Positions 1 through 12,173 of a stretch of DNA of 64,000 nucleotides are shown in pieces. A program made the position numbers and the translations under genes. Source of the stretch: Haliotis rubra (taxonomy: Eukaryota); assembly GCF_003918875.1 (NCBI RefSeq), contig NW_025766048.1, positions 744,001 to 808,000 on the forward strand. The letters run 5' to 3'. Below the pieces are notes generated by a model. It was not told where the DNA came from, searched no databases, and saw only the letters and a program-made list of their open reading frames with translations. Every line of letters begins with the position of its first letter. Positions within the stretch are counted from its first letter, which is position 1.

Positions 1-412
1 ATATGGTTACAAAACATCAACTAACAGCACCATGTGTCATTTTTGAAAGACACATTCGTTTGGTCTTGTGTTCATGTATTTTTATTGAGAATCTGTGGTG
101 CTATTTTAAGCAGTTATCATATGTGAAACCATGTATAATGGCAATAAATTATTTTTACAATGTTGGGTTATTTTATATTTATTAAAAATAAAATACAGGG
201 GACTGAGAGATGATCGCTGATAAATTTCAAGAAAACTCGGAACTCCTCGCACTGACACACAATATTCGTTATGCCCTTGGAGGTGCTGTCAAGGAGTTTG
301 GTGAGAAGGGGGACAACTCTCTGAACTCTCCACAAAGGAGGTAGAAATTTCAATGACAACAAGGAGTTGCCAATGTAAACACATTCACGTGCACTGTTCC
401 AAAAACACTACA

Positions 413-1673
413 ATGGCAGGTGCACAGCCGTTTGTTGATGCCAAATTAGCACAACGAAAGGTGCTACTGTTTTCAAAGACATACTGCCCAGATTCCAAGA
501 CAGTGAAAGAGGTTTTAGAAGGATACAAAATGCCACCTCAGACATACGAAGTTGTGGAGATTGAAAAACGCCAAGACTGCAACCAGTTGGAAAACTACTT
601 CCAGATTCTATGTCTGACTGACAGCAGAGCGGTAAACATATCACTTGCTTAACATGTTAGCTAATTAAATACTTTAAATGCAGTTTTATTAGTCTCTGGA
701 ACTAGGGTAAACACGGATGACTACATTCGTACGCATATCCGCTTGTTATGGGTGTTCAGACGCTAAGGGAGCGTTCATAATTTATGGCAAAGGGGGTGGG
801 GTGGGGTGGGGGTGATGATGATTTTTATGGATCATGTAAAATGTGAATGACATGAATGATCTGGGTTAAAATTGATCTTCAATAATCCATCCTCGTTGTG
901 AGAGGCGACTTAACGGGATTGGGTGGTCAGACTCGCTAACTTGGTTGACACATGTCATCGGTTCCCAATTGCGTAGATCGATGCTCATGCTGTTGATCAC
1001 TGGATTGTCTGGTCCATACTTGATTATTTACAGACAGCTGGAATATTGCTGAGTGACCAGAGCAGTGACTGACTGACTCGATTATTTACAGACCGCCGCA
1101 ATATAGCTGGAATATTGCTGTGTGCGGCGTAAAACTAAACTCACTCACTCACAAACACATCTGTGCACTTATTGAACTCAGTATTCAATACAATATCAGT
1201 TGTCAAACATGTCATATTTATGGGTAGCCGAATGACTTGTATGACATGAACATTTGAAATGATAATTTTTTGTTTGTGTGTGTGCCATTAAATGACTACA
1301 ATTTATGTAAATCAGTCCTTTACTTGGTTTACCTCTTAATGTCAATCATCAGATAGCATATTTTAACATCTTTTGCTGTGAGACGGCCAGTGATCAAAAC
1401 ACAACTTCTAAGTGTGTTAGTAAACAAAACAAAACAAACATCAAATTGGAGTAAACAAATGGTAAGTGAAGCGAGGTAAACAGAAGTGATACACTGTGAT
1501 ACATCTGGTGTCATTGTTGTCTTAGTGTCTGCTGTAAATGTTGAAATATTTTTCACTTTCAGGTCCCCCAACTCTTTGTGAAAGGAAAGTATGTTGGTGG
1601 CTTCAAAGAAATTACGAGATTTCACGAATCTGGGGAGTTGAAAACACTACTGAAGGAAGTGGATGCAGTGTGA
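413..1673 (+). CDS. Glutaredoxin-1-like protein, 2 exons (413-631, 1563-1673), 109 aa, CPDS active-site motif
   Basis: Exon 1 MAGAQPFVDAKLAQRKVLLFSKTYCPDSKTVKEVL...LTDSRA ends at GT (632). Exon 2 follows tttcactttcag and reads VPQLFVKGKYVGGFKEITRFHESGELKTLLKEVDAV*. Grx fold motifs present (FSKTYCP, xVP, GG, SGEL). AATAAA at ~1806 and ~2055. Confidence 0.9.
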
Positions 1674-2291
1674 CGTGTAGAGAGTACAGTACTTCACAAT
1701 TTAGCCATAAAAACTTCCACAGGTCAATTATTTTCGTTCATGCCTGCATTTTAAAAAAAGGATCCTGTAGATAACAAATCATGTCATTTGCATTATTTCA
1801 CAAGTAATAAACATAAATGAAAGCGTTGTAGAGGGTTTTTGATTGTTGTAGATTGTATTATGATTATGATGGTGTTCTGTCTTGAGGTTTATCACCTCTT
1901 TTAGTCAAAACTGTAATCAAAACTGTACTCGGTGGTCAGTTTTCACCTGAACTTCCCATACGGGTGTTACCATGGTTACTGAATAATGTCTTTGGGATGA
2001 TTCTGACTAGATCCTGCCATGGCACAATGTGAACACCAAGATTTGTTTTCAAGAAATAAAATAATCACACATTTACAGTAAATAATGCTTTTTATGTACA
2101 CCAAGTTTTACAATGAACGACACAGAGTCTGTCATCACAGACATGATAATGGTACATGATACATGATACAGCATGTGTGATCAATCATCTGAGAGCGGGG
2201 GGAGAACCTTGTCATAGGACAGTGTTGTTCTAGAAGTCATCTTTTTTTTTGCAACACGAAGTACTACCATACAATTACCAATTACCGCCTC

Positions 2292-2456
2292 TACTGTTTG
2301 CCAGAGGCCTGAATCGATAGGATGACTCAAGTTGCAGATTGCATGTAGCCCAGTCATCTGAGGTGCTACAATTCTTAATGTAGAGTTGTGTCCCTTACAT
2401 TTGTCAGGAGCATGTGATTGTGTATGATTCGGGTTGGCCCAGATCATATTTCTAGG
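2292..2456. repeat. ~165-bp segment duplicated in inverted orientation at ~7122-7285
   Basis: Near-identical reverse-complement copies (ORF-track entries 2181..2447- and 7130..7432+ share their first ~52 aa). Confidence 0.92.
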
Positions 2457-2778
2457 GACCGCCTCCGTGGTGTAGTGGTTAGAGCGTCCGCCCCGACCGC
2501 GTCATACCAAAAGACCTTAAAATATGGTACTTGTTGGTCCCTGCCTGGCGCTCGGCATTAATGGGTACAACAAGGACTGGTCGGCTCGGAGTCAGTAAAA
2601 TGTGTCTGAGTGGGGTATCCATGCTTCACTGCGGCATGGTATCTCAGTGGGCTAGCACTATAAAACCAGCTGAAGTCTGGGCTAGTACAAGCAGCCGCAC
2701 ATACACACACATGCACGTCGTCATATGAGTGAATATTCTCAAGTACGACGTTAAACCCAATTTCACCTCACCTCACCT
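2456..2778 (+). mobile_element. tRNA-derived SINE family C (V-domain-like central region)
   Basis: tRNA-like head GTGGTGTAGTGGTTAGAGCGTCCGCC, core GTCATACCAAAAGAC...AATATGGTAC...CCTGCCTGGCGCTCGGCA, (CACCT)n tail. Confidence 0.75.
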
Positions 2779-3711
2779 ACAGTTAGATGAGTCAATTCAG
2801 TCTGAGGACAAGTTAAAAAAAAATTCAAAGACAAAAACTAAAAATATCCACCTGTTATGGTTAAGGTTTCAAACCATCAACATGATTAATACTTCATGAA
2901 TCAGGATTCTGAGAATACATACAAGCCTGCCATCAGATCAATGAGCACTCAAAATAGATCAGCAATATTTCCGTGCAACAAATACCCCACACATGGTTTC
3001 AATATGAGGCAATGGTGGGGTTAGTACAAAGTTCATGCACAGTCTTCTTTCGACTTCAATGAAATAACACAAGGCCTCGTTTCATTCACAGACGAACACA
3101 GATTACTATAACACTGCTTATGTTCACAATGTATTCACAGGTGATGGAGGAATGCAAAGTTTTCAAACCATTGAAGTACTTATTAATCTAATTTAATCAT
3201 CACTGCTGGCCTCATTTTCCTTGTAATTATTACTTTTAGGCCGGGCTTCCATTAGTTTTCTTACCCCCTGGTTATATTCCACTATTGTTACCTCATCAAC
3301 TATTCCTGGATTAACAATCCCTGGCTTCAAATTGTCCATCCACCAAGATAGTGCTAATTATATCCCCCTGGCTTCCATTTGTTTTTCGTATCCCATGTTA
3401 AAGTGCCACCTTTGTTACCCTAATCATGCCTGGATTAGCGATCCCCGGCTTCCACTTGTCCATCAACCAATTAACTACTGGTTTCCCTTGTTATCTCATA
3501 AAAAATTAGGATACCCAATTGAAATCAACACAAGTGAGTACATAACTCAATGACCCAAAAAGTTATCTGTAGCTCTGTGCCACACATTGCAATTTGCAGC
3601 TATGGCAGGTCTGTATATAATCACGTCTGGACCAGACAAATCAGTGATTGACATCATGAGCATCGATCGATACAACTCAGATTTGATGTGTCAACCAAGT
3701 CAGCAAGCCTG

Positions 3712-3770
3712 TCGTATGTCTGATGTGGCATTTTGCATCCTTCTAAAACCTCTTTCACCGTCTTGGAATC
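3712..3770 (-). pseudogene. 59-bp inverted copy of glutaredoxin exon 1 (~491-549) inside a SINE
   Basis: Reverse complement GATTCCAAGACGGTGAAAGAGGTTTTAGAAGGATGCAAAATGCCACATCAGACATACGA matches exon 1 with 3 mismatches. Confidence 0.9.
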
Positions 3771-4200
3771 CAATCCTGTTTATCGCTCCTGGATCTTCCT
3801 GAGCCCTAACAGATGCTGAGTGAGATTAGTTTTATGCCACTTTCAGCAATATTCCAGCAACATCACGGCGGGGGACACCAGAAATGGGGTTCACACAATG
3901 TACCCATGTGGGGAATCGAACCCGTGTCTTCGGCGTGATGAGCTGAGGCGTTATCCACTTGTCTTCCCCTGACAAATGTAAGTATCCTTGCTAAACAAGT
4001 CAACCTTGTTCATCAAAACTTAATTATTTACAGGTTGCGGTAATATAACTGGAATATTTCAAACCGCTGCATGAAAGAAAAAGGTCCATGAACCACAATC
4101 TTTCTCCAAAGCACTACTATGTCTTGCAGCAGCTTCAGTTTTGCCATGTCTGTAACTATTTGAATCAATGCAACACCAATGAAATACTGAGAAGACACAT

Positions 4201-7200
4201 TTAGGTGCCTTCCATTTCCAGCCTCTGACGAACAAGGTCAATTAACTCTGCCGATACTTCTGGCTTCAACATTTCACTAACCTGAAACAAACAAACAAAT
4301 ACTTGGACTTGTAAGAGCCAATGGCAATGAATAAGCAGGTCATAAACATTCTTCTGCTGGCTGGTACTGTCAGACATCTTGGTTGATTGGTTACAGGATT
4401 ATTGATGGATATAGAAAATATACTAAAGATAAACATGATAAATATTCCATCACTTGATTTCTATTCTCAGCTCCCTAGGGATCATGCAACCCTAGTTACC
4501 TGAAGGTTTAGAGTCACAGTCTTAGGTGTGTGCTTCAGTTGAAGTAGCTCCAACAATTCCAAAAGCCGCCTTCTTTTGGCCATATGGGAAGTCATGCATC
4601 CTTTCTAAATGTCTGTGATGTAGATAGGATGATATTGTTTTTTGTCTAATGCCACACTCAGCAATTTTGCCAGCTATATGGTGGCGTGTAAGGCTGATAT
4701 TGAGAATATTGAACCCTTGATGCAGAGACCAAATGTGAAACCCATTCATTAAATATCCTTTCTCAACTTACTGCATAGTTCTCAGAGGCCTCGTACACAT
4801 ACAGAATAGTGGTGTCGTACATCATCACCTGGTGGTCGGCCAACGCCAGAACACAGTTTCGGAGTCGCGCTATCACCTCACGATCTGCTCTTGGGACTGG
4901 CTGCAAGGAGGTTAAAAATTCTCGTTAGTGTCACAAAAATGTGCAGATAACTACCAAAAATATCTGAAAATACTATCAAATATGATGGTGTGTGCATATT
5001 GTTTCAACAAATTCCAGCCATGTGAGTGAGTATTGTTTTACGCCGCTTTCAGCAATATTCCAGCAATGTCATGGCAGGGGACACTATAAATGGGCTTCAC
5101 ACATTGTACCCATGTAGGGAACTGAACCCAGTCCTTAGGCATGACGAGTGAACGCTTTAACCACTAGGCTACCCCACCATCCACCAGCCATGTGAGGATG
5201 GCCTGTAAGATATTGAGTCTGGGGCAGATAATCCAGAAACTGAAACGGAGCAATGAACCATATCAACACAGAGACTAGAGTTTCACTAAAAGTGTCAAAG
5301 TGCCTTTGACAGTGATGACCAATAAGATGAAATACACCACTGCTCTTGATATTCCATGACAATCTCATATTGTCTTGGTATTCCATGACAATCTCATATT
5401 GTCTTGATATTCCATGACAATCTCATATTGTCTTGATATTCCATGACAATCTCATAGTGTATTTAATGTTAATCACAGAGATTTTTTGAAACTTGATTTA
5501 CAAATCTGATGACTTCAAAACATTGATTCTGAAATAAAAGAAAGCTGTGTTTATGTTAATCTACTTTCAAAAATAAATTAAAAACTTTATTAAAAAAATT
5601 AAAATTGCTAGAGCTAAAAAAAATGAATGATTTAAATCATTATTAAAATAAGTTGTAAGTATATCTTAAAAATTACGAAAAACAATAAATAATTCATAAA
5701 AATAATTCCTCAACACTGTGACATGAACATGATAATGTTTTGGCTGCATATCTGACAAACATTGTCAACAAAGAGAGAAAGTATCAACCAATGAATATAA
5801 CGTGAAGGGGTATTTCACCTCTAGGTTTTGTTCATATCCGCCGGTGTCGTCGCTGTCCTCGTTGGCGGTTGGGGAGATCCATATGAAACCGTTGTTGCCA
5901 AGGATGATGGACGCTCCACACGGAAGGTTGTGAAAATGGGTTTTCCTCCTCTTTACGAGTGAGGGGGAGATTTGAAGCAGCGTACCCTGACCTAACTGTC
6001 AACAAACATAATAACGTCAATCTTTTATCAACCCATTACTTATTCACAAGAGTTTAAATGTTTCTAGTTCAACATGATTAATATGCACTGTGAAACTCTG
6101 TTATCCTGGATGGTCACATTCCAACTGGGATAATTTGATTAACAAACTAACTAACAATTTACAGTTGTAGGGTAATACCACATATGCATATATAGAGCAT
6201 TCACGTCCATAATTGCCAGGTTTAGAGATATACAGGGTTCTGTGAGTTAGATACCACATAGTGTCAATACCACTTTTCTGAAAATTCAATATTGGTTTCT
6301 TTTCAGTATCTCGTATTTAAGTTTCAAAACCAAGCAATAAAGAAAACATTCTTTAACTTAATTTCTGACTCATCTTTCTTGGAGCCAATTTCTGACTCAA
6401 ATTTCTTACAGCAAAATGGTTTGAATTCCCATTATACAACTGACCAACCCCAAATCATGTACCACATATAGTATGACAGGTTAATGTTGTTACAATGTTT
6501 CCAAGGTAAACATGTGGAAAGATTAAATGAGGCTCCGAGATGATTGTGTGTAATGACAACGGCAGTATCGAGTCCCCTTGTCATACCTTCCCGTACTTGA
6601 GACTTCTGGTGTGTAGAGACAAGCATCCATCCCCCATGACGTTCTGCACCTCTGCCTGGCTCAGTCAGGGAAAAATAACAGACCATATCATCAACTGATT
6701 AGCTCTAATAATCTTACGGGTAGGGTAGCCCTATTGTTAATATGTTTGCTCATCACGCTGAAGATCAAGGTTTGATTCCCCACATTGGTAAAATTAGTGA
6801 AGCATATTTCTGGAGTCCTCCGCATTGATATTGCTGGAATATTGCTAAAGCCTAGGTAAAAACCATACTCACTCACTCCAATGGTCTTTGTATTAGCTTA
6901 ATGTAAAACAGTGAGTGAATTGGGTTTAAAGCTAACAGTATGTCAGCAACAGATCCATTACATTGTACTACATTCATATATTTCTGTATATTCCTCACTG
7001 AAATTAATAAAAATATTAAAAAAACCAAAAAACACCCAGTATGTCAGCAATATCACAGCATGACAGCACAATATGGGAAGAGAGCTTTGTGAAACTTTGT
7101 GAAACCCACAAGCAGACAGGCCTAGGAATATGATCAGGGCCAACCCGAATCATTCACAATCACATGCTCCTGACAAATGTAAGGGACACAACTCTACATT

Positions 7201-10200
7201 AAGAATTGTAGCACCTCAGATGACTGGGCTACATGCAATCTGCAACTTGAGTCATCCTATCGATTCAGGCCTCTGGCAAACAGTAAAGTATTGGGAACCG
7301 ATTCTAACTAAGTCATCAATAAGGGATGTGTGTGCCTGCATCTATGAACACCAAACACAGCAGTCTTCCAACTATACGACGACAGTCTGTAGACAGAATC
7401 TGGACCAGACAATCCAGTCACTGAGATCATGAGCATCAATGTAGGCCACGACGTTATGCATCAACCTACTTCACCCATGTGACTAGCCATCCTTGTCTCT
7501 TACGACAAGCAGAGTTGCTGGAGGCCAGTTCCAACGCAGGTCTTCACTGGTAAATAAGGAATGTAATAGTTATACACCAAGGATACACTGATGAGGTCCC
7601 CTTCCTTTAGGTAATGTCTCATCAACTTCTCGTCCTCCTCCGACCTTCTTCGCTGTTGACAAAGAACCAGTCAAAATGCAGTCACTTCAACATTGATATT
7701 CGCTACTATAAAACAGGTTTTGAAACCAGAACAACTTTAGAATTCAAATTTTAGAACCAGTCCAAAAGACAACTGTTAGCCTATTTCACTGATTCTCAGA
7801 ACTTGTAGTTAGCCTGGTTAGTTCTGCTTGAACAAGACAAAACTGTTTACATTCATTTACAATTTATGTCGATTATAGTCAGCTCCAACTCGTAGAAATT
7901 CTTTGGGGCAGTGGAGAAAAATTAAGAATTACAGTCCCCAAATGCAACAAGTCATTGAGGACTGCAAGTATCAGATTTCTAGAGTCCTCAGCATAATTTA
8001 GTAGTCGTAGGCTAGCGGGTTACCATGAATGTGGACTGCTACACACACGCTTGTCTCCAACTGCAGTTCCGTAACTTTTAACCTTGCTGTCTAACCTACT
8101 ATAACCTGTAATCCTATAGATTTTGTGGTTAATATGTAACTTTGAATTCAAAAACAAATCAGAAGGACCTTTTGATTCCATGTTTCAGTCTTTCATTTTC
8201 TATGATGTAAAAAATCTGTAGACAGATAAAAAAAGAAAACACTTCTTGCCAATTCAATGTGTAAATATCCATACCAGTTCTCCCCCCGGGAGGTTGACCG
8301 AAGACAGCATTAGGACAGAGTCCAGCTTGGAGTGAGTTTCCACCTTCCAGCGTCGCTGACACACTTCTAGGATCCGACCAATCACCACATCCCCTACTTC
8401 ACCGTTATACCTGATGGAGACAAGTTGGTATCACATCACCTAACTCAACACTCATTATAAATCATCAGGGGTTGAATTTTTTTTAAAACTCCACTGGACA
8501 CAGGTCCAGTAAACTTTAAAATCCACTTGACCAAATAATAATTTGACTTGACCACAAATACCAATTTGATTTCTTTTGCAAATAATCTTTATCAATTGGA
8601 AGCAATATTGCATTTTTATTTCATCATCAAAATACTTATATCAAAACATTTGATTTCAGCAGTTTGGCACTGCTGTACCACGGTAAAGTTTATTGTTGAT
8701 ATTTACATCACCGACCGGATAATTCCACTGGACCATGGCGCCGGGCAATGGTATTTTTCAACCCCTGCATCATGCCATAAGACATGATGCTGTTTCTGGT
8801 GCCAACATTGTGGTACTCAGAGTTAGAGACAAATCAAAGAACACGCCTGAGAATCTTGACCAATCTGCTAACTTTACTATATTCACAGAGGTTCTTCATA
8901 ATAGCTAAAGGCTTGATCGATTGGTTTATTGGCTTCTTCGCAATATTCCAGCTGTATGGCGATGACCAGACAATCCAGTGATCAACAGCATGAGCATTGA
9001 TCGACGCAATTGGGATATGATGACGTGTGTCAACCAAGTCAGCGAGCCTGACCAACCGATCCCGTTAGGCTCCTCTTACACCAAGCATGGGTTACTGAAG
9101 GCCAGCAACCAGGATCTGCAGGCTGTCATGTCACACAGTCTGTACTATCGCTAACAAAAGCCTCCCAGGAAGTGTCAAATAAACTGGTTATGTTTTCTCT
9201 TACAAAGTATGTGTAGTCATTGTGTAGTGAGTGAGTGAGTGTTAACTATACTATTGCCACAGCTGCAGTACTCAGCTTGTTCCAGCTCTAGGAAGGCAGT
9301 CTATAAATAATCAAGCCTGGACCACACAATCCAATGATTGATGTCATGAGCAACATTCCATGCCCACAACGAAGCACATGTGACACATGTGGTCTCACCT
9401 TAGTCAAGTGAGTTTGTTCAAAATTGTCTCTCTTCACCCAGCAGGAAAATGGGTACCTGGTGGAAAAAGTCATATGACTATAACCTTCTAGCACCTAACA
9501 GGCAGCTTGGGTTATTCGGGGTAATAATGTGCTGTGCCTTGATTGTTAGCGCTATGAGCATACCTAGTGTGGAGTTTGGCGCTACATAAATGGACACATT
9601 ATTATTATTATAATGCCACCTTCACCATGTTCATACCATCATCCAAGCCTGACCACTCAATACATTTAGTCACATACTGTCACATCTGTTTTTGGAGATG
9701 TCAGGGACGAAAAACAATTTTTGAAACCAAAGGTTAAGGTTTTCGTTTGTGTCTGTCATGTTTTTATCAAATAACTGAGTCAGGACCAGACAATCAAGCA
9801 ACTGACATCATGGGCATTGATATGCACAAATGGCATGCTGCTATATCATGCATCAACCAAGCCATTAAGGTCACCTGCCTAGTAGATTGTCAAAAAGAAA
9901 TCATGAAAAGGTGTACTGTTTGTGCCCACCGTGTCTTGAGAGGCTTCACACAGATGAGTTTGTTGACACGCTCCACAACTCCTGCCACTGAGGAATGCAG
10001 CTTCTCATCCTCCATATAAGTCCCATGACCACTGGAAACAAAGATGACAGACTTCAAGCCATGCTTTCGTCACAACAAAATAGAAACATAACACAAGATT
10101 GAAATTAATCATTAGTTCTTGGTGATCAGCCCTACCCCCAATCATCTTTATCTAACATAAAACCCAATTATATTTCCGTTGACAGTTATGTAACAGGCGG

Positions 10201-10451
10201 ATGTGGGGCAGTAATTTTACAGATACAGACACCATTTACGGTGATCGAAAAATGGACAACCATAACTGTATCGGTATTAAACTTCATCTATCCAATGTTC
10301 ACGAATTAATCTAAATTTAAAACATTTACCGCATGAATCCGGTATCGGTTGTGATGACATCCCCAGGCGTGACAAGATTGTTGATCTCCTCGACGTCACC
10401 CGTCTTCTGTCGAACACGTGCACTTGCCAGTCGAATATCAACAGTCGCCAT
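4201..10451 (-). CDS. EXOSC2: Exosome complex component RRP4, 8 exons: 10451-10330, 10031-9930, 8410-8275, 7652-7587, 6655-6587, 5995-5819, 4900-4772, 4281-4201; 293 aa
   Basis: Spliced translation MATVDIRL...VTPGDVITTDTGFMRGHGTY...RYNGEVGDVVIGRI...LSSVNLPGGELRRRS...EGDLISAEVQ...SLHTRSLKYGKLGQG...ILGNNGFIWI...REVIARLRNC...VRQRLEMEGT* matches recalled RRP4 sequence. All introns GT-AG with consistent phases; exons sum to 882 nt. Confidence 0.97.
5345..5457. repeat. 29-bp tandem repeat, ~4 copies
   Basis: TCTTGATATTCCATGACAATCTCATATTG repeated in EXOSC2 intron 6. Confidence 0.9.
6656..7586 (-). other. U12-type (minor spliceosome) GT-AG intron 4 of EXOSC2
   Basis: Donor GTATCCTT. The 3' end TTTTTCCCTGACTGAGCCAG has a TCCTTAAC-like branch point close to the AG and no polypyrimidine tract after it. 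Confidence 0.85.
8466..8767. mobile_element. MITE with CAGGGGTTGAA TIRs in EXOSC2 intron 2
   Basis: CAGGGGTTGAA...TTCAACCCCTG. TSD not clean. Confidence 0.6.
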
Positions 10452-11465
10452 TTTGAAAATATATTATCTCCCTTGAAAAGAGATACTACATTCCTCTCTG
10501 CAGTTTATATCGATAATAAGTAAAATAAAACCTCTGTTGATATGTCAAGAAAGTGATCTCTGAGGTTTTTTCGGACATTACTGTTAAGTTCTCTAATGGG
10601 CATTTAAAAGTCAAAAGTTTTAACTGTTCTTTAAACCATAAGTATTTTTCTCTCAAAGGAGGAGGTGGAGTATTTTGTTTCTCTCTTTCTGAAATATATT
10701 ATATGTCCCGGTCAGTCAGCTTGCATGTGCTACAAGTTATCTTACTGACTGCTGAAGTTAACCTTCTGTGTGAATTATGTGATCAGAATATTGTAAATGG
10801 AACCAGGGAGTCCATATTTAGAGTTATGACTCCTACTGGGTTGACAGTAACGGCCGTTTGTCGTTGGGTCAAGTGTAGTATAATATCTGACAAGTGCTTC
10901 AAACAATATGCCTCCTTTAACAGTGCTATACGAACTATCGAGTTCGTTCATCACACCAACTTTTAGATGTCACTCAAGGAAGTTAAAGAATAAAGACCCG
11001 ATAAAGCAAAGATACCGTGTCCGAGTTACACCAAGCTCCTCTGTCCAGATGATGTTTAGTACTCAAGGTGTCCGGATATGCTGAATACTATAGAGGGTAT
11101 TACATTTGGTTGGTTATTGTTTAAAGCCGCACTCAACAATATTCCAGCTAAATGGCGGCGGTCTGTAATTAATTTAGTCTGGACCACACAATCCAGTGAT
11201 CAACATTATGAGCATCGATCTGCGCAGTTGGGATACGATTACATCTGCCAACCAAGTCAGCGAGTCTGACCACCCGACCACTCTTACAGCATGGGTTACT
11301 GAAGACCAATTCTAACCGGGATCTTTTCAAGGGTCGTATTATATTGGGGACGGTTATTAAGTGTCGGTTAGTCCTGTATTGGGACAGAAGGAAACAGCAA
11401 CTTTACCTATATATCTGTTATATCTATATTTAAATAATGTCACGGGTCCGATGTCTGCCTCACAG

Positions 11466-11490
11466 CAGAGACCATATTATATGGTCTCTG
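11466..11490. mobile_element. 25-bp TIR-only remnant (excision footprint) of the same family
   Basis: CAGAGACCATATTATATGGTCTCTG flanked by the 7-bp TSD CTCACAG. Confidence 0.8.
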
Positions 11491-12173
11491 CTCACAGCCG
11501 GGAATACTCAAGTGCCAAGAATAGCATCCGTGTATAGATGGTGAACAGTTCCTGCAAACGGAAAATTTAACGATGTTAATAAGAAATTGGATTAATGTCG
11601 ATTTCTATAATTATCCTCAGCGATAGAATGCGAGAGAATGTGTGGCAGAAATCATGATAATGCTGGAATAGACCTAGCTATCCAAGACACCACGCCGGTG
11701 TTTAATATGAATACTCCGAGCTTAAAGGTCACATGCAACCAAAAAATCAAACATAATTAAAACACAATTATCACTTATTCATGACATATAATATGCATTG
11801 CTGGTTATGAAAAAACATCTGTCTGAAGTTTGTGATGCATTTATTGGATATTATGCGTTTTAAGGGGGCACCAAGATATAAAGTCAAACAAAATGGGGAT
11901 CGTGAGGCTGGAACACAGCAAAACCAATTTCCTTGAGGTTGACAGATAATATGTAGAAAATAAAACATAAAATTTGTATCATTTTCTAGGTGAGGCTGAC
12001 TACTTTTTGAACGCCCCTCGTATCTTTGAGAAATGGTTTAGGAAAGTAGTATAATCAATATCTTAGAGTTGTCTCCCTTTGTGTGAAAACTTGGCAATGT
12101 CAGGCATTGAAAGCAATCGTAACAGCACGATTACTGCTTGATGCCTACACATTGATTATACCTGCAAGCAAAC

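Noticed and set aside
1671-1673. Selenocysteine read-through of the glutaredoxin TGA
   Set aside because: The TGA is at the normal C-terminus, not a catalytic position, and no SECIS was recognised.
4500-4612. Possible poison or alternative exon in the last EXOSC2 intron (AG|ACATTT...CAG|GTAACT, reading TFRKDA*)
   Set aside because: Weak polypyrimidine tract and no homology support; cannot be told from chance without RNA data.
10553-10966. 137-aa ORF between EXOSC2 and TMEM141
   Set aside because: Non-ATG start, no recognisable motif, AT-rich intergenic composition.
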